Part shown: positions 46,593 to 58,500 of the stretch, piece after piece
Position numbering within the stretch: the first letter of the stretch is position 1
Layout of the letters: each line of letters begins with the position of its first letter
DNA from: Myxococcota bacterium
GTDB lineage: Bacteria; Myxococcota_C; UBA6777
Assembly: GCA_023150835.1 (NCBI GenBank)
Contig: JAKLKB010000020.1
Location: forward strand, 1-64,000
Direction: 5' to 3'
DNA length: 64,000 nucleotides
The notes under the pieces: model-generated
Seen by the model: the letters and a program-made list of their open reading frames with translations, nothing else
What the model was told of the DNA's origin: nothing
The model's database searches: none
Program-made: the position numbers and the translations under genes

Positions 46593-47756
46593 CTAAAGCC
46601 CCCAAGAGACCGACAGGATCGGAACAATCGGGTCATTGGGGTTTAACATCTCTTGAAGATTCAAAAACACGCCAATCGAAAACTGCCCAATGATCGAGAA
46701 AAAGCGCAGACCGAACCAAAAACTCAGCCGAAAGTCCGAAGTGAACGTGTTGTCATCAACTTTCGCTCCTTGGGGCAAAGCCACCTTCAACGAAACGCCC
46801 ATCGCTCCGAACCCAAGGCTGAGATAATTCAAGTAAGGACGAGCTTGTCGGGGCATCAAAAATCGGTAAGATATCTCGGCTCCAAACAACAACGAGAGGT
46901 CGAGGTTTGTTTGAAAAGAAAACAGATCAAACCCAACGTAGGCCGAGATCAGCCACTGATCCCGAAACAAAAAATCAAGCCGAACTTCTTGACTTGTTGG
47001 CGTGATCGAATTGTTTTTGTCTGCGGCCTTGCTTCCGAGCGCAAACGAAAAGCGCGCCAAGAGATGTACTTCAAATTGAAAATAAGGCCAACCCTCCCGT
47101 TTGGCGGGCTTGCTGTGAAAAAGCGACTCGATCAGATGCCTTCGTGCCACAAGGCCGATCGGATGGCGGCGTGGCCCAAGCTCCGTCATCACCCCGATCA
47201 CACGGCCTTCTTCGTCCAACAAGGGCGCCCCCGCATACCCCCGCATCAACGGCATATTGACTTGCACGAAGTCCTTCGTGACGCGCCCAATCGCACCTTG
47301 CACAAAACTCCAGCTCAAGGCCGTTTGCGTCAGCCTTTGCACCAACCCTTCGCTGGGAAAAGGATGTCCGACCGCACCCACTTGGACGCCAACATCGACC
47401 TGTTCGACAGGCGAAAACACCAACGGTCGACCAGCCATCCGTCCCATAACACGCAAGATCGCTGTGTCGTGGGTCTTATTAAAAGCCCAGAGATCCGCAC
47501 GAATCCATTGATGATCTTCTGCGTCTCGCTGGATCCAGATATCTCGACCGCATCCCGCAACGCTCACACTTGTCACGATATGGTGACGATCAAATGCCAA
47601 AAACCCCGACCCTTTGCGCGTTCCGCAATGCACGATGTAGATCTGCGTCACGGTGGCCTTGTACACCCGCTGCCAACGCTTGTTCCCATACTCCATCGCA
47701 GGAGCCGTCATCGACAACCACACCGACGCCAACATCACCGAAACAACCGATGTCAT
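46593..47756 (-). CDS. Trypsin-like (S1) domain protein, apparently catalytically inactive, with a beta-rich C-terminal domain
   Basis: KGSGF, IVTSVSV (His absent), HDTAILR, VGAVGHP, GYAGAPLLDEEGRVIGV (Ser replaced by Ala). Confidence 0.8.
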   Translation of the reverse strand: MTSVVSVMLASVWLSMTAPAMEYGNKRWQRVYKATVTQIYIVHCGTRKGSGFLAFDRHHIVTSVSVAGCGRDIWIQRDAEDHQWIRADLWAFNKTHDTAILRVMGRMAGRPLVFSPVEQVDVGVQVGAVGHPFPSEGLVQRLTQTALSWSFVQGAIGRVTKDFVQVNMPLMRGYAGAPLLDEEGRVIGVMTELGPRRHPIGLVARRHLIESLFHSKPAKREGWPYFQFEVHLLARFSFALGSKAADKNNSITPTSQEVRLDFLFRDQWLISAYVGFDLFSFQTNLDLSLLFGAEISYRFLMPRQARPYLNYLSLGFGAMGVSLKVALPQGAKVDDNTFTSDFRLSFWFGLRFFSIIGQFSIGVFLNLQEMLNPNDPIVPILSVSWGL

Positions 47757-48165
47757 CGAGTAAACCTTCCATCAAACGAGGCTTTGTTCTCCATCGATGC
47801 CGCTTGTGGACAAAACCCCCCGCGTTCGCCCCGTTGCGAGCGACAGGATCGTTGTCTTGAAAAACCATCGTTCTCTTCGCCAAATTTATGGGGTCAAGGG
47901 GCAAAAGTCCCTTGTGGAGTGTGGGGTTTCACCCCACCAAAACCATCCACATCGCGCAAGTTCCATAACCAAAAAAGAACGCCGCCGATGCGTGGCGTTG
48001 CAGACTACCACAATCGCCTTCAAAAGAAAGCGGATGTTTCGATCCAGTTGACATCGGTACGTGTCTTTTGCAAAGCTGCGCGAGGGTTCAACGTCCGTCC
48101 TTTGCGCAGACAAGAACCCAACATGCACCTGCACAACCTCGAAAGCCCAAGCGGTAGGGGCCATC

Positions 48166-50589
48166 ATGAGATCATCGTTCTTTGTTAAGCCATTCTTTGT
48201 CGCACTCCTCGTCATCTTGCTGTTGATCGTCGCCAAGTTCGTGATCGGCACAGATTACCTCGCAGACTTCGAACAACAACAACTTCGTCAACAATTTCTC
48301 GGACGCACCCAAACTCCTGTCCGCTTTCCCAAAGACATCGTACTTGTCGAGATCAACGAAGCCAACACAGAAGCCAGCTTGCGCTGGCCTTGGGATCCCG
48401 GCAAAGTCGCGACCCTGATCAAAACACTGCGCGAAGCCAAAGCCAAAGTAATCGCGCTCTCTCTACCGTTGGTTTCGATGAGTCGAGCGTCCTACATACA
48501 AAGCCTAAAAGACGCCCTCGAACAACTCAACAAAGCCTTCCCCCCGCTTGAAAAGCTCGATCCCAACAAGACCAAAGGCATGAACCGCCGCCAAAAAGCA
48601 GACTTCCAAAAAAAGCGTGCAAAACAAGAAGCCGAAGAAGAGCGCGTTAAAGAACTCCGCAAAAAACTAGAAGAACTCACCAAAACGGACGGATACGGCG
48701 AGCTTATCAAAGAAGTCCAAGCCACCAAAAACCTTGTGATCGGTTACTACTACTACAAAACTGAAGACAACATCCCCGGGGTAGAAGCCACTTATCTCAA
48801 ACAAAAACAGCAGATACTCCACGAACAAAAGCACAACAAAGACAAGAAAAAAACCAAAAAAGACGATCGACTTGTCGATCTCTATCGCCTCGATCCACCG
48901 CAGTTTTTGCTTGGGGCGACCGTCGAGCCCGCCACCGAAGTGGCCGCTTTGCGTGAACAAGGCGATCTCGCTCGTCACCTCCGCTATCACGGCTTCCTCA
49001 ACCTCACAGAGAACCCTGACAATCCCCTTTACCAAGTCCCCTTCTTTGCCAAAAACGAACAGAAGATCTATCCGAGCTTTGCACTTGCCACGTACATCGC
49101 AGCCCACCCAGACAGCCCGCCCAAACGCCTCGTTGCAAGCAGCGGATACACGGGCCTTGAGATCAACGTCAAAGGAACCAAGAAGCTTCTGCCCTTGGAT
49201 CGCGACGGCCTATACCGCTTGAATTATTACGGGCCTGTTCAAAGCATCCCCCGCAATCAGCGCGCTCTTGCAAGCACGGTGACAGAAACCAAAGGCTTTG
49301 CCGACGGATTCTTTGAAGGCAAGATCGTATTCGTCGGGATCAATCACCCACAAAAAGGGTTACGCATCCAAACTCCCTTCCCACGATCTTTTTCGGAAGT
49401 CGAACTCCACGCGATGGTCCTTGCAAACCTGCTCCAAGGAAACCCGCTGCTCCAAGGTTCCGCGATGGTCGAGATCGCTGGGTTGCTGATCTTTGGCCTA
49501 CTGTTGGGCTTTTTGCTCAGCCTATTTCGGTACCTCCTTGGTTTCATCGCAACGATCGGCCTCAGCGTTACCTTGATCTTTTTGGATCGCTTCTACTTGT
49601 TCCCCGACAACGTCTGGTATCAATGGAGCTACACCATCCTCGGACTGGGCTTGATCTACCTCAGCGTCAGTCTAGTTCGCCGCCTCACAACCGATCGTGA
49701 TCGCAGCCTCACCATCGGCCGCTTTCGTGAACACGTCCACCCAGACGACCTCGCCAAGATCCTCAAAGATCCAAAAAGCCTCCCCACCCAAGGAACATGG
49801 CGCCCGATCGCCTTCCTTTCCGCCTATGCCCATCCCGTCGGAGACAACCTCAGCGAAGAAAAAAATGCAGCCCGCATCAGCGAGATGTTCGCACACCTCG
49901 TCACCCCCATGGGCGAAGCCATCCGCAACGCACGCGGGATCGTGACCCAGATATCCAGCCATAATTGCCAAGGACTTTTTAACGCTCCCCTTCCCCTCGG
50001 CAACTACGAAGAACAAGCCGCACTCGCCGCCCTCCAGATCCAATTTGCTTGGAATGACTTTGTTCACAAATACTGGATCGCCGAAGGGCTGTCGGAACCC
50101 AACTTTGGGATCGGACTGGATAGCGGATCGGCAGTAATCGGGAATTTTGGAGGCGAAAGCAACTACATCTTTACAGCAGTGGGCAAGCCTGTGACCTACA
50201 GCGAGATCCTACAAGACCTGACCAGCACCTACAAATGCCAAGTGCTGGTGTCCGAGAATATGCAGCAAAAGCTCCAAGCAACCGGGCAATTTGTCATCCG
50301 CGAACTCGATTGGGTGCAGATCAGCGATGCACACCCCAACATGACGCTGTACGAACTGCTCGGAAAAGCCCCCGCAAGCAGCCCGCTCCCAGAAGCCGTC
50401 GAATGGTATCAACAAGGTCTTTCTTACTACCGCTCGCGAAACTTCCAAGAAGCCCAACGCTACTTCGAAGAGATCTTGCAACGCCGCCCCCAAGATGGCC
50501 CTGCTCAAGTGATGTTGGCACGCTGCAAACAATACCTCTCCTATCCCCCCAACTTTAACTGGGACGGGACTTGGAAGCTCAAAGCCTGA
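48166..50589 (+). CDS. CHASE2-domain class III adenylate/guanylate cyclase-like protein with degenerate catalytic motifs and a C-terminal TPR
   Basis: DIVLVEINE, RWPW, GKIVFVG, TP...VELHA...NLL (CHASE2); 3 TMs; FNAP, GIGLDSG.AVIGNFG, RELD, C-terminal WDGTW; start re-called at 48166. Confidence 0.85.
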   Translation: MRSSFFVKPFFVALLVILLLIVAKFVIGTDYLADFEQQQLRQQFLGRTQTPVRFPKDIVLVEINEANTEASLRWPWDPGKVATLIKTLREAKAKVIALSLPLVSMSRASYIQSLKDALEQLNKAFPPLEKLDPNKTKGMNRRQKADFQKKRAKQEAEEERVKELRKKLEELTKTDGYGELIKEVQATKNLVIGYYYYKTEDNIPGVEATYLKQKQQILHEQKHNKDKKKTKKDDRLVDLYRLDPPQFLLGATVEPATEVAALREQGDLARHLRYHGFLNLTENPDNPLYQVPFFAKNEQKIYPSFALATYIAAHPDSPPKRLVASSGYTGLEINVKGTKKLLPLDRDGLYRLNYYGPVQSIPRNQRALASTVTETKGFADGFFEGKIVFVGINHPQKGLRIQTPFPRSFSEVELHAMVLANLLQGNPLLQGSAMVEIAGLLIFGLLLGFLLSLFRYLLGFIATIGLSVTLIFLDRFYLFPDNVWYQWSYTILGLGLIYLSVSLVRRLTTDRDRSLTIGRFREHVHPDDLAKILKDPKSLPTQGTWRPIAFLSAYAHPVGDNLSEEKNAARISEMFAHLVTPMGEAIRNARGIVTQISSHNCQGLFNAPLPLGNYEEQAALAALQIQFAWNDFVHKYWIAEGLSEPNFGIGLDSGSAVIGNFGGESNYIFTAVGKPVTYSEILQDLTSTYKCQVLVSENMQQKLQATGQFVIRELDWVQISDAHPNMTLYELLGKAPASSPLPEAVEWYQQGLSYYRSRNFQEAQRYFEEILQRRPQDGPAQVMLARCKQYLSYPPNFNWDGTWKLKA

Positions 50590-50635
50590 CCTTCCACCTC
50601 CGCCCCTTCACCCCAAACTCTCATGGGGACGTACC

Positions 50636-51331
50636 ATGCGTACAAACACCAGTTCTTGGCTTTCCCGATCTCTCGTATACATCGGGCTATGCGGCGCTTT
50701 ACTGCTTTCCAATTGCGAGTGTAGCGCTCCCGTCCGCCCTCAAGACCGCTTCAACAACGGACTGGTGTGTACAGGTGTAAGCGGAGACAACCAATGCAAG
50801 GGACTTTTCTGTTGGCGATTCAAAAAAGATCCCCCCAACGGCGATGGCGTCTGCACCACAGTCTGCACCAACGAAGAAGAAGCTTGTGCGAACGGCGGTA
50901 TCTGCCGTAAAGGCTTCCAGCCCGAGTCGCCTGATCGCGGATACTGCGTCGTCCCCTGCACCTCCGAAAAAGATTGCGCCCCCACACTTGGCTGCCAACA
51001 AATCAACAACCAAGGCGACAAATACTGCTGGCGAACAGACCCCACCACCAAACAAAACACCAACGGCAGCAAATGCACCGATGCCCGCGAGTGCTTGGGT
51101 GGACACTGCATCAAAGGCTTGTTTGAAAGCGGGTTGGCTCTATGCAGCGAGACCTGTACGAAACTCGGCGATCCGTGCAAACATCGCGGTGTTTGCGCTA
51201 TCCAAGACACACTCGGCGGCACAGCAACACTGTTTTGCTTGGTCGAATGCCAGCAAAACAGCGACTGTTCTGACAACCTTTCCTGCAACGCTTCCCCAAG
51301 CAAGCGCAAGTACTGCGGCCTCGCCCCTTAA
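50636..51331 (+). CDS. Cys-rich lipoprotein
   Basis: Lipobox-like LLLSNC; two repeated Cys-rich modules. Confidence 0.8.
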   Translation: MRTNTSSWLSRSLVYIGLCGALLLSNCECSAPVRPQDRFNNGLVCTGVSGDNQCKGLFCWRFKKDPPNGDGVCTTVCTNEEEACANGGICRKGFQPESPDRGYCVVPCTSEKDCAPTLGCQQINNQGDKYCWRTDPTTKQNTNGSKCTDARECLGGHCIKGLFESGLALCSETCTKLGDPCKHRGVCAIQDTLGGTATLFCLVECQQNSDCSDNLSCNASPSKRKYCGLAP

Positions 51332-51441
51332 ACAGACTCTTCTGCGGCCTCGCCCCTTGAACAGATCCGTCTTTGCTCTTGACGTCCGACGCGGATACTC
51401 GTAGAGTCAAGCGGTCTTTTTGCTAGGATAGAGAGGTTTGT

Positions 51442-52227
51442 ATGCTTTGGACAGATCGTATCCGTTGTTGGCTTCCTTTCTTTGGCGTGTGGATGCTCAG
51501 CGTTGCCCTCCTTCAAGGCTGCCCCAACGCCAAGATCCACGAACGTGCCAAGTTTCTACATGACCGAGGACTTCTACTGCTTCAACAAGACAAATTGGAA
51601 CTTGCAGAAGAAAGCTTCAAAGCAGCCCTTGAGTACGACGCCCGCTTTAAACAGGCCCTCAATAGCCTCGGTCTGCTCGCCGTCCGTAAAGGCAAACTCA
51701 AAAAAGCCGAAACCCTCTTCAAACAAGCCCTTGCGATCGACTCCAATTTCGCCAACGCACGCGGTAACCTTGGGTATGTGTACTTCCAATACAAAGACTA
51801 CCCCAAATCCATCCAGCTCAATCTCTCGGCTTTACAGATCGAACCCGCCCTTCACGACGCACGCTACAACCTCTCGCTTGCTTATTTTTATACCCGCGAC
51901 TTCAAAAACGCACGCAAACACCTCGTCCGATTGTTGCTCTACGATCCGAACCACGTCAACGCACACTTTGTCCTGAGTTCCATCGAGTTCGAGCGGAAAA
52001 ACTACAAGCAAGCCGCTCAACACGCCATCCGCGCCGCTCAGATCGATCGCAACCACAAACGCGCTTACGAAGTCCTTTGCAAATCCTTCTATCACCTCGG
52101 TCAATACAAGATCTCCTGCCAACAGTGCAAGCAGATCGTTCGCATCGATCCCGAAGACCCCATCGGCAAAACACTCGTCGATGTCGTCCACAAAAAGCTC
52201 CAAGAAACTGGGGAATCTTGCCAATAA
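51442..52227 (+). CDS. TPR lipoprotein, Tgl/PilF-like pilotin
   Basis: Lipobox LLQGC; tandem TPRs (ALNSLGL, ARGNLGY, ARYNLSL). Confidence 0.7.
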   Translation: MLWTDRIRCWLPFFGVWMLSVALLQGCPNAKIHERAKFLHDRGLLLLQQDKLELAEESFKAALEYDARFKQALNSLGLLAVRKGKLKKAETLFKQALAIDSNFANARGNLGYVYFQYKDYPKSIQLNLSALQIEPALHDARYNLSLAYFYTRDFKNARKHLVRLLLYDPNHVNAHFVLSSIEFERKNYKQAAQHAIRAAQIDRNHKRAYEVLCKSFYHLGQYKISCQQCKQIVRIDPEDPIGKTLVDVVHKKLQETGESCQ

Positions 52228-52518
52228 ACCTTTGTTATCCGCTGATTTCCTTTGGTATGTATGTCGTTGTTGTGTCTCTCTCTCTCGAAAACGTGGTTGC
52301 CTTTCCTCGAAGGCCTGTGCTAATAGAAAGGCCCAACATTTTCGTCTGTGCGGACTTCTCATACAAAGCGCGAACGTCTCTGTGAGGAAATCAAACTACA
52401 CCCAAAGCCTTCTTCATCAAAGACCTCACGCAACGCATGGTAGCATTCGTTTTTTTTGTGGTTGGATACTGAAACGCGAGTGAGCATTGAAACTTCAGCA
52501 CGCAGGAGCGGTGAGTCT

Positions 52519-55500
52519 ATGTCGGTAGAAGAAATTCAGAATTATTTGCGGATCCTAGAGGCCGTTCCAACGAACGTGCCTGCTTTCGAAGCCCTCAAGC
52601 AGATCTACACAGAACACCAACGTTGGGAAGAACTGGCCCAACTCGTAGAAGACCGTGCGGAACGCTTGCCTGATCGCAGTCAAGCCCCTGCGCTTTATCT
52701 ACAAGCGGCCAACACTTGGTTCCACAAGGAGCAAAACACCGAACGCGCCAAAAAGACCATCACCAAAGTGTTGGAGTTGATCCCCAACGAACGCAACGCC
52801 CTCGCTCTCTGGCGCGAACTCGCCACTTTTGAAGGGGACTTTGCAACCGCGATCAAGATCTTGCGCCAAGAGATCCAGATCACCGAAGACGCCCGCGAAA
52901 AAAGCAAGCGTTTTGTGGATATCGCCAAGATCTTCGAAGAACACATGGACAACCAAGAACACGCTGCGATGGCCTACCATCAAGCCTTCTTGCAAGACCC
53001 CGAGAATTTGGGGCCGATGGAGCAAGCGCTTCGACTCTACCGCAGCCGAGGCGATTGGCAACGTGTGATCGCAGTCCTGCGAGCGCGGCTCGAAAAAGTC
53101 TCCGAAGCCTCGAACAAAGCGCGCCTGATGTTCCAAATCGGCCAAATCTTTATCCAACATCTTGATGAAGGCAAAACTCCCGAAGGACTCGCCAAAGCCG
53201 CTCAACTTTTCCGCGAAGCCCTTAACCTTGATCCCGATCTCGATGACTTTGACAACGCACTCGAACTCTACAAAGACAACAAAGAGTGGTCTCAAGTCAC
53301 CGCACTCTTGCGCGCAAAACTCGAGGTTGTCACCGAAAACACCAAAAAAGCGCGGCTGCTGCTTGAGCTTGGAAACGTCATTCTTCAACACCTCGAAGAA
53401 GGACAAACCCCCGAAGGTCAACAAAAAGCCTCGCAATTCTTTCAAAAAGCCCTTGAGTTCGACCCCAGCCTCAACGAAGCCAAAGAAGCCATCGAAGAAC
53501 TTTCCTACGCAACGGAAGATTGGTCTTCTCTGCTCAAGCGTTTGAAGAAAGACATCCGTGACGCGGGCAAAGACGAAGATCGCGCCGCCTTCTTGAACTA
53601 CAAGATCGCAGAAGGCTATCTCCTCCGAGAAGACAAACCTGCTTACGCTGTCCGTTATTGCAAACAAGCCCTCGAACTCCAACCCAACCACACCAAGTCT
53701 CAAGACCTGTTGCAGCGCTTGTACGCGGATTTGGAACGATGGGAAGCCTTGGCGGACTTCTTTAACGATTGCACCAAAACGGCCCTTGATGCCCCGGCAA
53801 AAGTCAAGTGGCTCAAAAAACTCGCTCGCCTTTACCGCGAACAAACCAAAGAACGCGAACGCGAGATCGAAACCCTTGAACGCATCCTTGATATCCTTCC
53901 CACCGAGCGCGAAACCCTCCAACACCTCGAGAACATCTACCGCGACAACGGCCAATACAGCCGCGCACTCGAAGTGATGGACAAGCGTCTCAAAACCTTT
54001 GAAGAATCCGCAGCGAAAAAAACCCTGCTCTACGAGATGGCCACCCTCGCCAACAAGGAACTCCAAGACTCAACGCGAGCCGCCGGATACTACGAGCGGA
54101 TCTTGTCTCTTGATCCCGACGAGATGGACGCGATCGATGCGTTGCTGCCGCTATATGAAGCCGAAGCCCGTTGGGAAAACCTGATCCAAGGACTCAAGCG
54201 AAAGCTCGAACGCACCGAAGATCGGCACGCTCGCGCAACCATGCTGACACGTGTCGGCGACATCTACGCGCAACGCCTTGCTCTCTCCAAAGAAGCCTTC
54301 GATGCCTACACACAAGCCCTTCGTGAAAACCCCCAAGACAGCGATCTGACCCAAAAACTCGAAGCCCTCGCACGTCAGATCGGTAACTGGGAAGAGATGG
54401 TCGCGCTCTACCGCAACACCTTGGAAAGCGCAAACGATCCTGCCGATCAAGCCGCCCTCTACTTCCGCATCGGCGACATCTACGAACGCGAACTCCAAGA
54501 TGTCGAGCAAGCCAAAGCATCCTACGAAGAGGCTCTCGAACGCGCCCCACAACTCGGCGCAATGAACGCCCTTCAACGCCTCTATCGCCAAAGCGAAGAC
54601 TGGACCTCCTTGGCAGAGCTTCTCCAAGAAAAGTCCAAAAACGACAACCTCGATGAAGACCAACGCATCGAAGTCTTCGAAGAACTCGCTCGCATTCAAC
54701 TCAACTACATCGACGATGCCGACGGTGCAGCCGAGACTTACGAAAAGCTGCTCGACGCAAGCCCTTCGTATGGCCCAGCCCTCGAAGCCTTGGAGCGTGT
54801 CTACAAACAAAACGAAAATTGGGCCAAACTGCGTGGTGTCTACCAGCGCCGCGTGGACAACCCCAACAGCGAGTCCGAACTCAAATCGACGCTACATATC
54901 CTCGGTAGCCTTTTGATCGAACAGCTCGATGCTTTCGAAGATGCCGTCCAAGTCTACCAACAATTGCGCGTCCTTGATCCCAACGACTTGAGCATCTTGA
55001 CCCGACTCGAAGGTCTCTATCGCGACTTGGGCCAATGGGAACAATGGGTGGACACTGCGCGCCAACGCGCTGAAAGTATCCGTCGCCCCGAGCAAAAGAA
55101 AGAAGTCTTGCTGGAGATCGCCAAGATCCAAGAAGAAGAACTCGATGATTCTGTCGGAGCGATCGCTGTTTTGCGCGAACTTCACGAGATCGACAGCCAA
55201 GATATCAAGATCCTCGATGAACTTGAGCGACTTCTCGAAGTCGAAGACGATAAAGCCGGTCAGTTGGAGATCCTTCGCAAAAAGGTGAACCTCCAACAAA
55301 ATGCCAACGAGAAAAAAGTCCTGCTCTTCCGCGTCGCAGACCTCCACCGTGCGCTTGATAACGAAAGCGATATGGCCGAAGCCTACCGCGAGATCTTGGA
55401 TATCGATCCCCGCGACCTTCGATCCTTGCGCTCCCTCCAAGCCTACAACCAACTCCAAGGCGATCACGAAGGCGTCCTCGATCTCTTGCTGCGCGAACGC

Positions 55501-58500
55501 GATATCGTCACCGAAGACGCCGATCGCAGCCGCCTCACTCAACGCATTGCTCAACTTCAAGCAAACTTGGGCCGTTACGAAGACGCGATCATCGAATATC
55601 GCCAGATCCTCGCCCAAAACAACAACGACAACCAAGCCCGCACGGCGCTGGAAGAGATCGCAACCAAACACGCTGGCTGGCGCGTTGAAGCCCTCCAAGT
55701 CCTCGAACCGATCTACCGCGCAGCCCAAGACTGGGAAGCCTTGGTCAAGGCACTCGAAGCTCGCTTCCAAGTGGTGCATGACAAAGCACAACGCCTCGAT
55801 ATGGCCCGTGAACTCGAAGAGATCTATCGCCGCCTGAGTGACGATGAAAAAGCTTTCTATTGGAGTTGCCAACTCCTACGCGAAGACTTCGCGGATACCG
55901 AGATGCGCGAACGTGTCGAGATGATGGCCGATGAGATGGAGCGTTGGGACGAATTGCTCGTAGTCTACGAAGATATCGTTCGCAGCTTTGTTGATCGCCA
56001 ACAGATCGTCGAAACCTACCTGTTTATCGCACGCAATTATCAAGATCGCCTCAGCCAACCCGAAAATGCCCTGCGTAACTATCGCCGCGTGTTGGACTAC
56101 GATTCCAATAACCCCGAAGCCATCGACGCGCTCGAAGAACTGTATCGTGCGCTCGGACAATGGCGCGATCTGATCGATATCTTGCGTATGCGCGTCGAGA
56201 TGACCGCCGCCGTCGACGAAAAGAAAGAACTCCTGTTTGAAGTCGCCGATCTATGGGAAGACAAACTCCAAGATCCCCCCGAAGCCATCCAAGTCTTCAA
56301 CGATATCTTGGAACTTCAAAACAACAACCTGACCGCGATCCGTCGTCTTGCTGCGTTGTATGAGCGAGAGTCCCGATACACCGACCTCGCAGAAACATGG
56401 GAAAAAGAACTCTCCCTACTCGACAACGAAGAAGAACTTCTTTCCTTGCGCTTCAACCTTGGGCAACTGTATGCGGATCATCTCAACCGCATCGAAGACT
56501 CCCTCAAGATGATGCAGCAAGTCCTCGAAGTGGATCCCGAGCACCAAGAAGCCATCCAGCGCGTCCATGCTCTTCGCGAAGAAGACGCTTACCGCTTGAT
56601 CTGCGCCCGCATCTTGGAGCCGATCTATCTCCACCAAGAAAACTATCCCGAACTCAAAGCCATCTACAAGATCCAACTCGAAGACGCTTCACAAAACGCA
56701 AACGACCGTCGCAAGGCCCTGATGCGCCTTGGCCAGTTGCACGAAGAAAAGCTCGGCGAATTCCGCGAGGCTTTTGACCGCTACCTCCAAGTGTTCAAAG
56801 AAACCCCCGGCCAACACGGTACCCGAAAAGCCCTGTTGCGTATGAGCGAAAAGCTCGATGCTTGGCGCGAATTGGCTCTGAACTTTGAAAACGGTGTCGA
56901 TGCTTGCGAAGACTCCGAAGAAAAGATCCAAATCCACCTCGATTTGGCGCGGATCTACCGCGAACGCCTCCACGATCCAGATCGCGGAATGAATCACGAC
57001 CGCCGTGTCGTGGACGATCTTGATTCCAAAAACCTCCAAGCCATCGAAGCCTTGGAAGACTTTTATCAAGAGCGCGAAAACTGGCATTCGCTGATCGACA
57101 TCCTCTTCCAAAAAGAACAAGCCCTCCACGATGAAGTCCTCAAAAAGGGCGTGTTCAATCAGATCGCCAATATCTATGAGAACCAACTCTCCGACAAATA
57201 CCAAGCGATCTTGATCTTGCGCCAATACCTCAGCCGACTTGAAACCCAAGATCCCGGCCCTGCCCCTGTTGAAATCGCCTTGCGCGAAGCAAAAGAGCGC
57301 GAAACCAAGCTCCAACAGGAAAACCAAGAACTGATCGATGCCGTCGAGATGGCTCGCGAACAGCTTTCCAGCCTCGAAAACCAAGCCGAAGAGGCCGAAG
57401 CTTCGCTCAAAGAGTACCGTGACATCGTCGCAGAATCCATGCGCACCCCCGAAGAAGACGCCGAAGTCGAGCGCACTGAGGCCGCATGGAAACAAACGCA
57501 AGCCGCGCTTGCAAAAGCCGAAGAATCGGCGGCTGCACGCATCGCACATGCCAACGCGCTCGCTGCTGAACTTCAATCTCTCGAAGAAGCCGCTGAACCC
57601 GATGTAGACGCCATCGCAGTCAAAACAGGCGAAGTGGCCGATGCCACCGAAGCTGTGGAAGCTGCCGATCACCAGATCGAAGAAGCCCGATACATCGCCC
57701 AAGCCGCACGCACCGCCTACGAAGACGCTCAAACCGCAAAAGCCGCAGCATCCGCAGCCGGCCCCAGTTCGGATCAAGCGTCCGAACTCAAACGTCTTGA
57801 ATCGATGCACCGAATGGTTCAGCAAGCCCAAGAAGCCAAAGCTGCCGAACTGCGCGAGATGCAAGAACAACTCGATCAAGCAGAAGTCAAAGAAGCCGAA
57901 GCTGCCGAAGCCGTCCGCACCGCCGAACAAGCCATGGAAGCAGCGGCGGAGCAGATCCAAACTATCCTTGAGCAACGCACCGCCTTCAAACTCGACACCA
58001 TCCAAGAACTCGCTCGGCTCTTTGAAGAAGAAGAGCGTTGGGCTGATCTCGTCGAGATCTTGGAAAAAGAAGTCGAATTGCTCGCAGAACCCGAAGAAGC
58101 CCTGCGCCTGCGCTTCCGCATCGCTCAGCTCTGGCAGGATCAATTGCACGATGTCCCCCGTTCTATCCGCCTTTATCGTGAGATCCTCAACGACGATCCC
58201 GACTTTGAATCCGCCCTCCAAGTCATGGAAGAACTCAGCGAAAATGAAGATTACCAACTCATGGTCGCCGAATCGCTCGAAAGCTATTTCCGCGAAGGCC
58301 GCCAAGATTGGACTCGCTTGATCGAGATGGTCGAGATCCAACTCAACCACACCGCTGAAAGCGAAAAACGCTTGGCCTTCCTCAAAGAGATCGTGGCTCT
58401 CTACGAACTCGAACTCGACAACACCGATATGGCCTTCGTCTATCTGTGCCGTGCTTTCCGCGAAGCCCCCACCGATCGCGATGTCATCTCCGAACTCGAA

